The notes beneath the pieces were generated by a model. That model ran no database searches. It was not told the origin of the DNA and was given only the letters and a program-made list of their open reading frames with translations. Shown here in pieces: positions 1 to 12,179 of a stretch of 64,000 nucleotides of DNA. Source of the stretch: Paraspadella gotoi (lineage: Eukaryota > Animalia > Chaetognatha); the NCBI GenBank assembly GCA_051294375.1, contig CM119271.1, forward strand, positions 4,465,910-4,529,909, given 5' to 3'. Made by a program: the position numbers and the translations under genes. The first letter of the stretch is position 1. The number at the start of each line of letters is the position of its first letter.

Positions 1-519
1 TCGCATATTTATTGCCTCAAGAGTCAAGTCGGACTAAAACGACTCATATCATACATCATATCATATTATATCATATCTCAAAAATAACAAAGACAACAAA
101 CCCGTTCCTCCAAAGCCACACCCTGCTCCCTTCTCTCCCTCTTCGATCAACCCACTTTCTCTCCTTCTCCCGCGACGTGATATTTTTGGACGTTTGCCTT
201 AGCGTCTCCCAGCTGATCCCATCCGATGCCATCCGACGCCATCTGCTCTGCCCAGTTTTACTTTCGTCTTCGTCACCTTTTCGACGCCGAGGCGTCAAAG
301 GTTTCACTTTCGTCTATATTCTCGTCTTATCCTATCTTGTTCTATCCAATTATCTATCCCGATCCTATTCCAATCGCGATTTTATATATCTTTATTTACT
401 GATTACTGATTTCATCTGAAATTAAATCTGATGATTCCATCTTTTTTATTAACAGATTCCATCTCATGATTTCTCTTTCCTTTATTTTCCTAAACCAACT
501 TTGAAATGGACGCATTTTT

Positions 520-880
520 TCATCCCTCTCCCTCTCTTCCTTTCCCCTTTCTTCCCTCTCCCATTCTCCCCTCTCTCCTTCTCCCACTCTTCCCTCTTCC
601 CTTTTCTCCTCTCGCTTTCTCCCTTCTCCCTTTTTCCCATCTCCCACTCTCCCCTTTTCCCATCTCCTCCTCTCTTTTCCCCCTCTCCTGTTCTTCCTCC
701 TCCCTTCTCCCCCTCTACCCTTCTCCCACTCTCCCCTTCTCTCCTCTCCCCTTTTCCCATCTTTCACTCTCCCCTTCTTTCTCTCCCCTTCTCCCCTTCT
801 CTCCCATTCTCCCTTTCTCCTATTCTCCCCCTCTCCCCTTCTCCATTCTCCCCCTCTCCCTTGCCCCTTCATGCCTCTCC
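520..880. repeat. Polypyrimidine (CT-rich) low-complexity tract
   Basis: Almost purely C/T; source of several spurious ORFs. Confidence 0.9.
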
Positions 881-2589
881 CCTAAAAACTTTCAACTCCA
901 ACTTACATCACGCAACGGACCGACCGACCGACCGACCGCTGGTCAGGTCGAATCGACGTACGGATTCGTAATTAACTTTTCAGTCAGTCAGTCCTTCCAA
1001 CTATTCCGTTTCAATATAAACGTCTACACAAATGTTTAGCACATCTGCTTCCTTTTTTTTTTCTTTTTTTCTCATATTTTTAACGTTTTATCATTTTTTT
1101 TTTACAGCATTTCGCGGCGCTTTCTCTCCTTCATGCATTAATTCTTCTCGTTTCTCCGCGCCATCTCCCCCTTCCCTTCCTTTCCCCTCCCCTACTCCCC
1201 TCCCCCCTTCCCCCTCCCCTTCCCTCCCTCCTTCCACATCCCTTTCATCGATGGAATTTCTCGGAAATTCGTGGCGCCGAACGATGGAACGAAAAAAAAA
1301 TTCGATGGAACCGGAAGTCGCGTGAGATTATTCGGCGTCACGCCGTCGGACGAAGACTCGCGGATTCCGTCGCTCATATTGGAAGATGTTCTGGATTTTG
1401 GTATGTGTTTGGGGTGCTTTGTTTGATTGTTTTGATTGCATTGATGCCGTTGTTAGGTTTTTTGTCCGTTTTTGCCTTTGGCTTTGTTTTCTTTCTATTA
1501 TCTCTCTCTNNNNNNNNNNNNNNNNNNNNNNNNNGGAACCGAAAAAAAAATTCGATGGAACCGGAAGTCGCGGAGATTATTCGGCGTCACGCGTCGGACG
1601 AAGACTCGCGGATTCCGTCGCCTCATTTGGAAGATGTTTGGATTTGGGTTTGTGTTTGGGTTGCTTTGTTTGATTGTTTGATTGCTTGATTGGTTGGTTG
1701 GTTTTTGTCCGTTTTTGGTTTGGTTTTGTTTTCTTTCTATTGTTTTTTTTTTTTTTGGTCCATCGGTTTACTTATTTCGTCATTTCGTTCGGTTATTTCT
1801 TTTTCTAATTTCTATGTATGTCTTTTTTTTAGTTTACTCCCTAATTTTCTCTGTATTGTTTTAGTATTTCTTTTATTTCTTTTAGTAGTTACTTTCCAGA
1901 GTTCATTCTTTTCATAGATTATATTTAAAACATTCATTCACATCTTTCGCTTTCATCTCCCGTTCGATTCTCAGGATCGAATCGCAACTCGATTTTCCAA
2001 ACAGAATCCACTCAGTTTTCGACATAAAAAAAAATTTGAGCGCAGATTCTCTCTTTATATTTCTCCTTTTCGTTTTCCTTCTTTTATTTTCTTTTGTCTG
2101 GTTTTAGTTGTTTTCTTTTCTTTTCTTCTTTTTCTCTTCCTACTCCTCTCTTCTCACTCTTCTCCCCCTCCNNNNNNNNNNCTAACTCAGTTTTTTTTCC
2201 GCTTCTTTCGACTTTCGGTTTCATCGCCTTTCGATTTTTGAGGGGAAGGAGAGGCGCGCCCACTCGAGCGCCCTCCGATCTGCGGTTCAAATCCCGGTTT
2301 TCCAACCAGATCCGAATGAAGACTTATGCTCCTATTTAATTTACATTCGCATTTATATTCTCTATGTTGTAGTAACATTGCTTCGGTCTGTTGATGTCTC
2401 TCTTCTCTTCAGTCGGGATAACCCTTACTACAAAGGTGAGCAAATCTCATCACCACCCCAGTCAGAAAAGTGATAGAATCAAACCCCACAGTTTCCACAA
2501 CCTTCACTTCTACAATGTTCCTCGATAAAATTGGTCCCGATCAACGTGTCTGTAAAAGTGATCTGTCTCTAAAAGGAAGCCGGGTGCTC

Positions 2590-2740
2590 TGGGAGAGAGT
2601 CTTGATTGAAAGCTTTCAGAGACCTGCGATGTTATGAGAGAGAGTGAGGCTTGAACCGACCATAGCAAAGTCAGGAGGAAAGATATAGCTTATTTATTAA
2701 ATGAATAGATAATTTTTATATTGGTTGTACCAATTTCATA
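2590..2740 (+). repeat. Dispersed repeat family A (other copies at 9661-9815 minus and 30020-30053 plus)
   Basis: The long copies share TGATTGAAAGCTT...TAGCTTATTTATTAAATGAAT.GATAATTT.TATATTGGTTGTACCAA.TTCATA, and all three copies share the same 3' boundary. Confidence 0.75.
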
Positions 2741-2974
2741 AGGACTAATCCAAGCAACCTCACTATCTTCCCTCGTCTACCGCACCATATGCAAATAAAG
2801 TAACTAATCTGACTTACCCATTCCCCACCGCACGTAAAATGCAAATCCTACCTACCGAAATATCAGCCACCGAAACTACCTTCTTTCACCACACGACAGG
2901 ATTCAAGAGCCACCTTCTAAACTTTCTTCCACCGCTCAGTCGGCAAATCCACAAAATGACGATTCAAAACTTAC

Positions 2975-3147
2975 CCATCCCCCTCGCTCCTCCCCCCAAC
3001 CGACTCCCACCTTCCTTCCGCCGACCACTCGACGCGTCCATAAAGTAGGAACCATCTATCTCGATGTTCGCTGCAGCCGACGCCGCAGCCGACGCCGCAG
3101 CCAACGCGGACTCGTCATTACGACAATGTTCCTTTTTCTTTTTATCT
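2975..3147 (-). CDS. Candidate cytoplasmic-tail exon of the Ig gene
   Basis: Strong donor ATGG|GTAAGT and a T-rich acceptor region; open frame DKKKKEHCRNDESALAAASAAASAAANIEIDGSYFMDASSGRRKEGGSRLGGGARGM. A candidate exon at 3882-3955 (IDERYCEMYAPSGRETQPPLSFDH) would bridge the phases but has weak splice sites. No motif support. Confidence 0.25.
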
Positions 3148-3329
3148 CTTCGCCGCAAAAAAGGACACAGGAAAAAAAAGGGAAAAAGGAAAAGGGAATA
3201 AAAAAAAAAGGAAGATGGAGGAGAAAGAAGTGGGAAAAAGAGGCTGGAAATGGCCACTGGGGGGTCGAGGCAATCTTCATCACCTTTTGGTCGGGAGAGG
3301 AAGGAGGGAAAGGGGGGTAAGGAAAATAA

Positions 3330-3360
3330 AGAAAGAAAGAGTGAGAGAAAGAAAAAAGGA

Positions 3361-3416
<56 letters not shown>

Positions 3417-3421
3417 AAAAG

Positions 3422-3468
<47 letters not shown>

Positions 3469-3500
3469 GAGAACGAACGAACGAACGAACGAACGAACGA
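3330..3500. repeat. (GAAA)n-(GAAC)n microsatellite
   Basis: Direct reading. Confidence 0.95.
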
Positions 3501-5540
3501 CAGAAAGAAAGCAAGATAGAAACGGAGGCAAAGAAAAAATTCGGATCATATTTTCGGCGATAATCAAATTCGAGCTCGAGACGATGATGAAGGGAGGAAT
3601 GGGAGGAAGAAGAGAAAGGAAAGGGAGGAAAAGAAAAGAGAGGGAAAGTGAGGTAAGAGAGTGAAGAGAGAGGAAAGGGAGGAAAAGAAAGGTTAAGGAG
3701 AGAGAGAGGTAAAAAGAGGCACTGGAAGAAAAATTGGAGAGAAAGGGAGGTAAAGGAGGAAAAAAAGGGAGAGGAAGAAGGAAAAGAAAATAAGTAAAAA
3801 ATGAAAAGAAAAGTGGGAAAAAAGAAAGAAAAAGAGAAGAAATTGGGCATAAAGAAAAGAGTTGGAAGACACAGTTTTGACTCGTGGTCGAAGGAGAGGG
3901 GGGGTTGCGTTTCGCGCCCGCTAGGGGCGTACATCTCGCAATATCGCTCGTCGATCTGAATTTCGTCTTGATTCATNNNNNNNNNNNNNNNNNNNNNNNN
4001 NCTAATAAATAGCAGCTATCCGCGCGCGCGCCGTTCGACCCGGATTTTGGAACAGATCAGCGCCCCTACTGCGGTTGGTTTTAACCCTCACCGACCACAA
4101 GCCGCGCTTCATCCCTTCCCCTATCCCGGTCCCCTACTGTCCATCACTCCTTCCTACCCCACCGAGCGCGAGCTCATGCCGGCCAACCATAAGACCCAGC
4201 TCAAGGGCCAAGGGGTCTTGAAAGAAAGGGGGGGAGATTCAAGGGGGCGTGGTCGTCCGAAAGTTAATTTCCGTAATTAAATCTCCATTTCTCACAGCTC
4301 TCTACGTCTCTCTCTCTCTCCTCTTCCACTCATCATCGATATGAAATCAATCAGTGAATCCTCGCAAGGTCTCGTTCTTCCCGCCTCTATCTCCCATCTA
4401 CGCTTTCTTCACATCAAGTACTTCCTCTCAACAAGTCTCCGTTCTTCTATTTCACGTCGATTGATCACGGCACAAGTACCCTGGCCTTACCTAATCAATG
4501 ATTGGCCATAACAGTATTCATCATATCCAGAATGGTTCAAATTGTCTATTCCACTGAAAAGCACCCCACTCCTTCCCCTCCTCTCTTACAGTATTTCTCA
4601 GTCATACTATTCTTCTTCGGGGAATCTTATTGTATTACTCCGGGCACTAATGCATCAAAATACATCTCATGGAAACGCGATTTATGAAATGTATTGGTAC
4701 ATCTCTCTCTCTCCCCCGGGCGGGATACTGAATTTATTAACTGTCTCCGTGAGAAAAGTAGGAATTTAATTTGTCAAAAGAGATAAATAATAATCGTAAT
4801 CTAAGAACTAATAAAAATAAAAAAACTAAAATCAGAATTTTCCAAAATTTGACAAAAAATTAATCGGACGGATTTTTGTCGGCAATAGAATTTTCTAGTC
4901 ATTTCAAGTCATTTTAAGAATTTTTCAAATAAAAAAGTTAATGAAATGCCGAAAACCTTTTAAATTTTGCGTAGTTTGTTAAATATTCTTTCTCTCATCA
5001 TACGACCGTTTCTTTCGTCTAAAAGTCCTTGTAAAAAAGATTCTCGGAACCTCAAAAAATATATTTTCTATTTTACGTTCGTAAAATCAAAAGTTTGCGG
5101 CGTCGCCCGTCCAAAGGATTCAACACGAGTTGTCTGGAAAAACGTAAGATGTTCGAGTTTCAATATTTTTATTTATACAATATTATTACAGTCATGCGTT
5201 CCAAAAATCACTTAGAAATCCAGTTTCTTCCAGGCGAACGAGTTTTTACTTTGATATAAAACGAGACTAATCGGCGGAGGTAAAAATATCGACCACAAAG
5301 ATATTAACCCAGATACTGAAAACACTCCAAGCGAGACAACCTATTTCTCAATTTCAAAACCCGAAAGGAAAGCGGGACGAACACGACTCGGAACAAGAAC
5401 GATTCCACGATTATCTTCTCTTCTTTTCTCTTCTCTTCTCTTCTCTTCTCTTCTCCTCCCTTCTCTTCTCTTCTCCTCCCTTCTCTTCTCTTCTCTTCTC
5501 TTCTCTTCTCTCTTACCCAAACCCGATTTTCCTAACTCAC

Positions 5541-5734
5541 CTCGTCGGTGCTGAAGGCGGGGTAAGGCGGGCCGGCGCCGGCGTCAGAGTCTCGGCGTCG
5601 ACAGGCGAGCGGGAGGACGCCGCGTTTGTAGAGCGCCGTAGCGACGACGGCGACGACGAGAACGACGATGACCGGAAACGCGACGAGAAGAAGGACGCCG
5701 GTGTAGGCGCCGAAAATGGCGTCGCCGCCGTGCT
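5541..5734 (-). CDS. Transmembrane and juxtamembrane exon of the Ig-superfamily gene
   Basis: Acceptor ttccccccttcAG, donor GAG|GTGAGT; 194 nt, phase 1-0. Reads (Q)HGGDAIFGAYTGVLLLVAFPVIVVLVVAVVATALYKRGVLPLACRRRDSDAGAGPPYPAFSTDE: a ~23-residue hydrophobic helix followed by basic residues. The ORF track misses it because it reports a different frame. Confidence 0.85.
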
Positions 5735-6821
5735 CTGAAGGGGGGAATCAATCAATCAATCAGTTAATCGAGGATATCAATCAGTGATAAAGTTAATAAC
5801 TTTTAAGTAATAATTCAATACAATACAAATACATAAAATCTAATACAACATAATTTAATAAGCCATAAATAAAACATCAATCAATCAATCATTCAGAGCC
5901 ATTTTTCAATCAATCAATCAAATAATCAAAATCAATCTGTTATTAAACCCGCTTTAGTGATTGCATCCATTCCCACAATTATTTCTTTGCCTTTCTTTGA
6001 ATTTCTTTTTCAGAAAAAGTCAATGAATATAATCAAGTAATCTATTCTTTCGAATTCGATAATAATTTAATCATCAATAAAAAAAAATCACTCAATCATC
6101 CAAAAGCTCAATCGAAAATCTGAAGCACTGAAGGCAGTAGAGACCAATTCAGCAATTTTGTGAATGAAAGGGGCAGAGAGAAAAAAAGTTTCCCGAGAAA
6201 ACGCGCGCAGTTGGCAGGAAGAAAAGTCATGAATCATNNNNNNNNNNNNNNNNNNNNNNNNNNNNNNNNNNNNNNNNNNNNNNNNNNNNNNNNNNNNNNN
6301 NNNNNNNNNNNNNNNNNNNNNNNNNNNNNNNNNNNNNNNNNNNNNNNNNNNNNNNNNNNNNNNNNNNNNNNNNNNNNNNNNNNNNNNNNNNNNNNNNNNN
6401 NNNNNNNNNNNNNNNNNNNNNNNNNNNNNNNNNNNNNNNNNNNNNNNNNNNNNNNNNNNNNNNNAGTGCGGAGTGAGAGAGAGTAAAAAAAACCAGGTGT
6501 TATAATGGGATAAGTTAAACCGAGAGAAGAGAGAGAGGGAGAGAGGGAGGAGGGAGAAATGGAGGAGGACGAGAAGTTTTGAAAAATAAGATTTTGGCTC
6601 TGGAGTCGGAATGAGGGACGAGAGATCAAGAATCACGCCGCTTCGTTCTTAGAGAGAGAGAGAGGAGACGAGAGAAGAAGAGGATAGGGAGGAGAGAAGG
6701 AGGAGACGGTTTGGTCTAATAGGGAGGCGACGATGGCTCAGTGATTATGTTTGATATTTATGAAGCAGAAACAGAGACGTGAACACAGATGTTGCTGATT
6801 CCAAATGGCTGATGGTGGGTT

Positions 6822-6853
<32 letters not shown>

Positions 6854-6863
6854 CGAGAGAGAG

Positions 6864-6895
<32 letters not shown>

Positions 6896-7828
6896 CAAAA
6901 AAGAGAGGTAGATAGGATAAGCACAAGAAGGTAAAATTTTGAGAGTTTGTAAAATTAAATAGAGAGGGAAAAGAGAGGAGAGAGAGAGGGAGAGTGAAGA
7001 GACGAGAGAGAGGAGAGAGAGGAGAGAGAGAGAGAGCCGGGAGGAGGTTGGGATAAAGACGGGAGCAAATTGACTTGAAAAGTGTTAAACCGTTTCTCAA
7101 ACTCGACGCCCGGTTTGTTTTTTTTTTCTCTTCTTTTATTTTGAAAAGATGAAATTCGGTGAAAAGAGAAAAACGGAGAATTAAGGGAAAAAGATTTTTC
7201 TGGAAGGAAAAAAATTAATCAGGTTTAGGCCAAAGTTGTGAAACATTTATATTAAGAGGGCCAAATTTTTGAAAGCCGCTCAGGATTCTGATTAGGTTAG
7301 AGTTTTTGAGGATTGTGATAGTTTAAACCATTTGAGTTGAAGAGAATTGATTTTATCAACAATAAAGAATCGACTAAAAAATTAGCCATGAAAACCACAA
7401 CAAAGTTACAAGGACAACAGGCAAAGGAGAGACAAGTCATTTTTAATGTAACTAAACATAAATTAAATTTCTATTCAGCGAATCAATCTTATACTAGACA
7501 GCGGAAGCAAACGCTCTATACATACACAAACAAAAGATCAAGATAATTAAAAAAACGACGACGACGATCGTGATACGACTGGTAAAGATTTTTCTCTGTC
7601 GATTTTTTTCTATTCTTTATTCTATCGTTTCGTTTTCTCTTCGAAAAGGAAAATTCCATTAGCTTCTCTCTCTCTCTCTATCTCTTTCTTTCTTTCTCTC
7701 CCTGTCTCTCGCTCCTTCGTCTTTCCCGTAGAAATCGCTCATGCATGAAATTCAACACGAAAACCTTTTCTCACTGATGCCAGATAAAATAGCTAAACGC
7801 GTCTCGAATGTTTGGCTAACAGTCTGCC

Positions 7829-7902
<74 letters not shown>

Positions 7903-9109
7903 CTCTCATTTTCGAAAAGGAGGGGAAAATTTTCGCTAATCTTCTCTAAAAATTCCAACTAAAAACAAAAGATTCTTTTTTTTTCTTTTTAATTTCTTTT
8001 TCTTCCGCCAGGCGTCGTTCGATGCAGATTCCAAATCTTCCATCTTCTCCCGCCGAGATTTTGCGATTCATTTATCAAGCATCTAACGCCGTTTGCTTCC
8101 CAGGCGCCCCCAAGCTTTGCATAAAGAAAAGCTGCTTAAAGATTCTGCAGATTTTGTTTCAGATTTTGTTGCATAATTTGACGTAACTTAGCTTTGAAAT
8201 ATCATGTTTATGTATTTCAGTATTAATATCTGAATACTTTTCGGTTAGTATGAATTTTAAAAACAGTTTGTGAATGCTTTTTTACAAGTGTCACTAACGA
8301 TTTCCTAATTTACTACTACTTAGCATAGTAATATGATTTATCTAAAGCTCTATGCAAATATTTTTCTTTCATTTTAGCTTCTTCTTTTTTTCAGATTCAA
8401 ATTCCTAGTTTTAGTTTATCTGACATTTCGTCATCACAGGGCAATTTGAAACCCGCCGCTAAAAATTATACCAATCAAAGTAAGCCTTTGATAGAGACAG
8501 AGAGAGACAGAGACAGAGAGAGACAGAGAGAGAAAGAGAGAGACAGAGAGAGAAAGAGAGAGGGAATCCCAGAGAAACAGAAAAGAGCACAAGCAACCCT
8601 TAGCTCAAACAATAACAAGCCGATTGTCAACAACCCCATTGTTCGATTCATAAACCCTCAACAACCAATAAAAATTCCAGGAAGGAACATTTGTTGACGT
8701 TTTTCCCCTTTTTCCGAGTTTTATATTAGTTTTCTTTCTCCCTCTTTGTTTTTATATCCTCCAGTTTTTTTTTATGGGTTTTTTTTTTTTGGTTTTTTTT
8801 TCTGCGCCTCGAGTTGAGTTAAGTCTTGAAAGAGAAAAAAAAAAGAAGTAAATATTATTTTTCGCCACATTGACGGGAATGCGACTGAAGGAGAGACCGG
8901 GCTGCGATTCTGTGATTCTGTGATTCTGTCCTTTGGAAACAGGAAAAGAGTTTTCTTTTTTGTGAGTTAGGGGGCGCAGTGGGTGGGTAGTGGAAAGTGG
9001 GGCAGGGAGGGGGAAAAGTAAGGGAAAAACAGAATGAAAAAGGAAACAAGAAGGATGGTAAGACGGAGAGAGAGAAAGAGTGAGAGCGAGTTGGAGAAAG
9101 GAAGAAAGA

Positions 9110-9427
9110 AACAAGATCGGTCCATCCAATGTGTTGCGCCACAGTGACTACACAAGTATGAAAGACATGCACTATTTTAGCCCGTGTATTTATGACACGT
9201 ACTGCATCGGAATTCTGTCTTTTATTCTTTATAGTTTTAGGATATCCTGAACGCTGCGCTAGAGTTACTTAGATTTGAGGTTTTTTCCTGTCTTAACAAA
9301 TTAGCATCCAACTATAGGCGAGTTATGAGCAATTTTTACATAAGTAGGACAGACCGACAGACAGACATACATACCAACCGACCGACCGACCGAAAAGTGA
9401 CTCATAGAGTTGCGGCGCAACTAAAAA
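9110..9427 (-). mobile_element. Short non-autonomous repeat with HINE/DINE-like (Helentron-associated) architecture
   Basis: The minus strand starts with TTTTT and a hairpin AGTTGCG-N-CGCAACT (9408-9422), continues with a (GGTC/GTCT)n microsatellite and ends ...GGACCGATCTTGTT. Related pieces are at 38693-38727, 39522-39675 and ~50701-50730. Confidence 0.6.
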
Positions 9428-10009
9428 TCGTCTATACCAATAAATTTAATATAAATGTTAATATTAGTCTAAATAAAAATTGAAATTGCTCAAATGCTGA
9501 AGAAAAAAAAATTGTGCGAAGGTCAGAGAAATAAAACGAATTCGGGGAAAAAGTGAAAAAAGATGTCAAAGAAAAAGAGGGAAGAGTAATCGGGGTAAGG
9601 GCGAGGAAGAAGAGGAAAGTAAGTAACGATATTTTTAGGAAAAGATAATTAAAAAAGATATATGAATTTGGTACAACCAATATATAAATTATCCATTCAT
9701 TTAATAAATAAGCTATCTAGCCCCTGAATTTGGACAGGCTTTGGTGGTTTAAGGCATCCATCACTCTTACAAGATAATGGCATAGTAGGTCCCTGAAGCT
9801 TTCAATCAGGACCCAGCATCAAAATACTAGGAGCAGAATTTTATGAAATTGTTACAACCAATATATGAGTATGAAGAAAAGGAAGGGTTCACGTTGAGTA
9901 AGAGAAAGAAAGAAGAATGAAAATTAACTAGAAGAAATTAAGGCTATCTGTTTAATATTTTTAACCTTAATATTTAACTTTAATCTATTACTAAACTCAT
10001 AAGCTTATT

Positions 10010-10130
10010 CCTTACCTTAATCCCTAACCCTTAATCCCTAATCTTTAACCTTAAATCCTAATCCCTAACCTTAAACCCTAATACCTAACCCAATGACTAA
10101 CCTAATTTTTAACCATAATCTCTAACCTAA
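10010..10130. repeat. Degenerate (CCCTAA)n telomere-like tract
   Basis: ccttaatccctaacccttaatccctaatctttaaccttaaatcctaatccctaaccttaaaccctaatacctaaccc shows 6-bp periodicity. Confidence 0.7.
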
Positions 10131-10734
10131 AAACTAAATTAAGAAGTCAAAAAATTGAAGGAAAAAAATGCTGAGATTCGAGAGCGAAAAATCAAAGAAG
10201 AAAGAATTTGAGAAAATTATGAAAAAGAAAGAAAAAAAGAAAAAACAGAAGAATTTCTGTTTCCATTTTGAGAAAAAACATAAACCGAATCACGTGACCC
10301 GAAATCGCGGCTGATCTTTTTTTGTGTCGACGACGACGACGACGACGACAACGACGACGAAAATGTTTGCGAGAAAAAAAAGGAAGACCTAAGTTCTATA
10401 CTAATACATTAACGTGCAAATAAGCTGACTGAGTCGAAGACTGCTTTAGTTTAATATAGATTCAACTCGAACGATGTAAACCATCTTGTTTAAAAATGAT
10501 AAAAAGAGACGAAACAACTGACTCAAACCGAGACAGAGACGACGAAGGCGCCATCTTTGAACGGGGTCTCCCTCTCCCGAAAATAATCCGACGTCGAAAA
10601 TAAGAGCATCGACCGAAGGAGACGCCGTCTGCTCTGCGGGAGAGAGAGAAAAGGCAAGGACCTTTAATCACCAATGGGGTCGGTGATGACATCCGGAGGT
10701 GGGTGATCTTTTTTTTATTATATCGGTATAGAGT

Positions 10735-10983
10735 TATGAAAATTTCTAAATTACCTGTTTCACTATTTTATATTTTATATTTTATGAAGGATTTAGTATT
10801 TAATTTATATTGTTTAAACGATATATATTGCTTTCTTTCTTACTAATCTTACTAATCTTACTAATCATTATATCTAATAACTCAATTTGGGAAGGGGAAG
10901 TCAGTGTTGTCTTCTGGAAATAGAGGGAGCATCTATACAACACAAGGTTAAATTACCATCTGTCCTAGTTTTCTAATAGATAT
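10735..10983 (+). repeat. Dispersed repeat family B (inverted copy at 17042-17293, abutting the Penelope-like fragment)
   Basis: TATGAAAATT...TTACCTGTTTCACTATTT...GGAAATAGAGGGAGCATC...TCTGTCCTAGTTTTCTAATAGATA matches the reverse complement of 17042-17293. Confidence 0.75.
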
Positions 10984-11788
10984 CACACATCATTTCTGTT
11001 AGAAAGTCATTAATGAAATATATATATTAGTGTGCTAAATAGAAAGTAGAAAACTCAACGTGTCAACTGACAGGCATCGGAACGGGAAGAAGCGATGCCG
11101 TTAAAACGTAATGACAATTTTTTTTCAAGGTTTTCTTTTAGCCAAAAATTATCAATACAAGCATAACTTAACGATTATATTATTCAAATTGTTAAGCGTT
11201 ATGAATTAATATTGAATAATTGGCCGAGGATCAAAAGCGAGAAAAAGGAATGACCGAAAATAGGTTCATAATTTTTTATTTATAATTATTTCTATTTAAA
11301 AACAAGCTAACGGTTAATTTAACTATCTCCTTATTATGCAAATAAGATTAAGAGAAGGTAAAGAAACGCTTGATCTAAAAGATACGTATTTAAAACTTAT
11401 TATTTTTATCCGGAAATAATTTTTAATATTTAAAAGGTGAGAAAAGACCTCGGTGCAGGAATTTTAAAAAATATATTTTTTAAAAGAAAACCAAATGGAG
11501 ACAGAGTCATTTTCGACGAGCGAGTTTAACGACGTCTATGCTAATGACGATCAATGCAGGAAATTCGTAGTTTTCTGGTTAGATTGTAAATCAAACAGCG
11601 CGAAAGTCATAAAAGTTTTTCTAGGGGAAGGAAGAACAAAACAGATATGGAAAAAGGACGGAAAGACGAAGTGAGAGACAGAGACACCGAAAATCACCGC
11701 GAAGAAGGAGACGTCTGGAAATTTGGAAAAACGAAATCAAAAACATGACAAACGATGTGAGTAAACTTTTTTGGAGGGTGCGAAGGAC

Positions 11789-11829
<41 letters not shown>

Positions 11830-11855
11830 CGAGAGAGAGACCGAATGAGAGAGAC

Positions 11856-11893
<38 letters not shown>

Positions 11894-12179
11894 GAGAGGA
11901 CGAGAGAGAGAGTAGAGGAGAGAGAGAAGAGATGTTTTTTTCGCCAATTCAGCAAGATAATGAAGGAAAGAGTGGTTGGGAGGAAAAAAAAAGGCAAGAA
12001 ACAATGAATAATCAACACGAGAAAAAAAATGTGGGACAAAAGAACAAATAAATAAGATTTATGGAAAAGAAATCGAAGTGGAATAGGAGAGAAAGGGAGG
12101 GAGGGGAGGGAGGGAGCGAGAGAGGGAGAAAGACGAGAGAGAGAGAGAGAGAGAGATGAGGAGAGAGAGAGAGATTGAG

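Noticed and set aside
71-313. Possible terminal exon of the Ig gene
   Set aside because: The acceptor lacks a pyrimidine tract and the frame cannot be fixed.
396-1039. Overlapping ORFs of 92-177 aa
   Set aside because: They are translations of a CT/AG low-complexity tract with no domain signal.
3056-3976. 306-aa minus-strand ORF
   Set aside because: It is mostly the (TTTC)n microsatellite.
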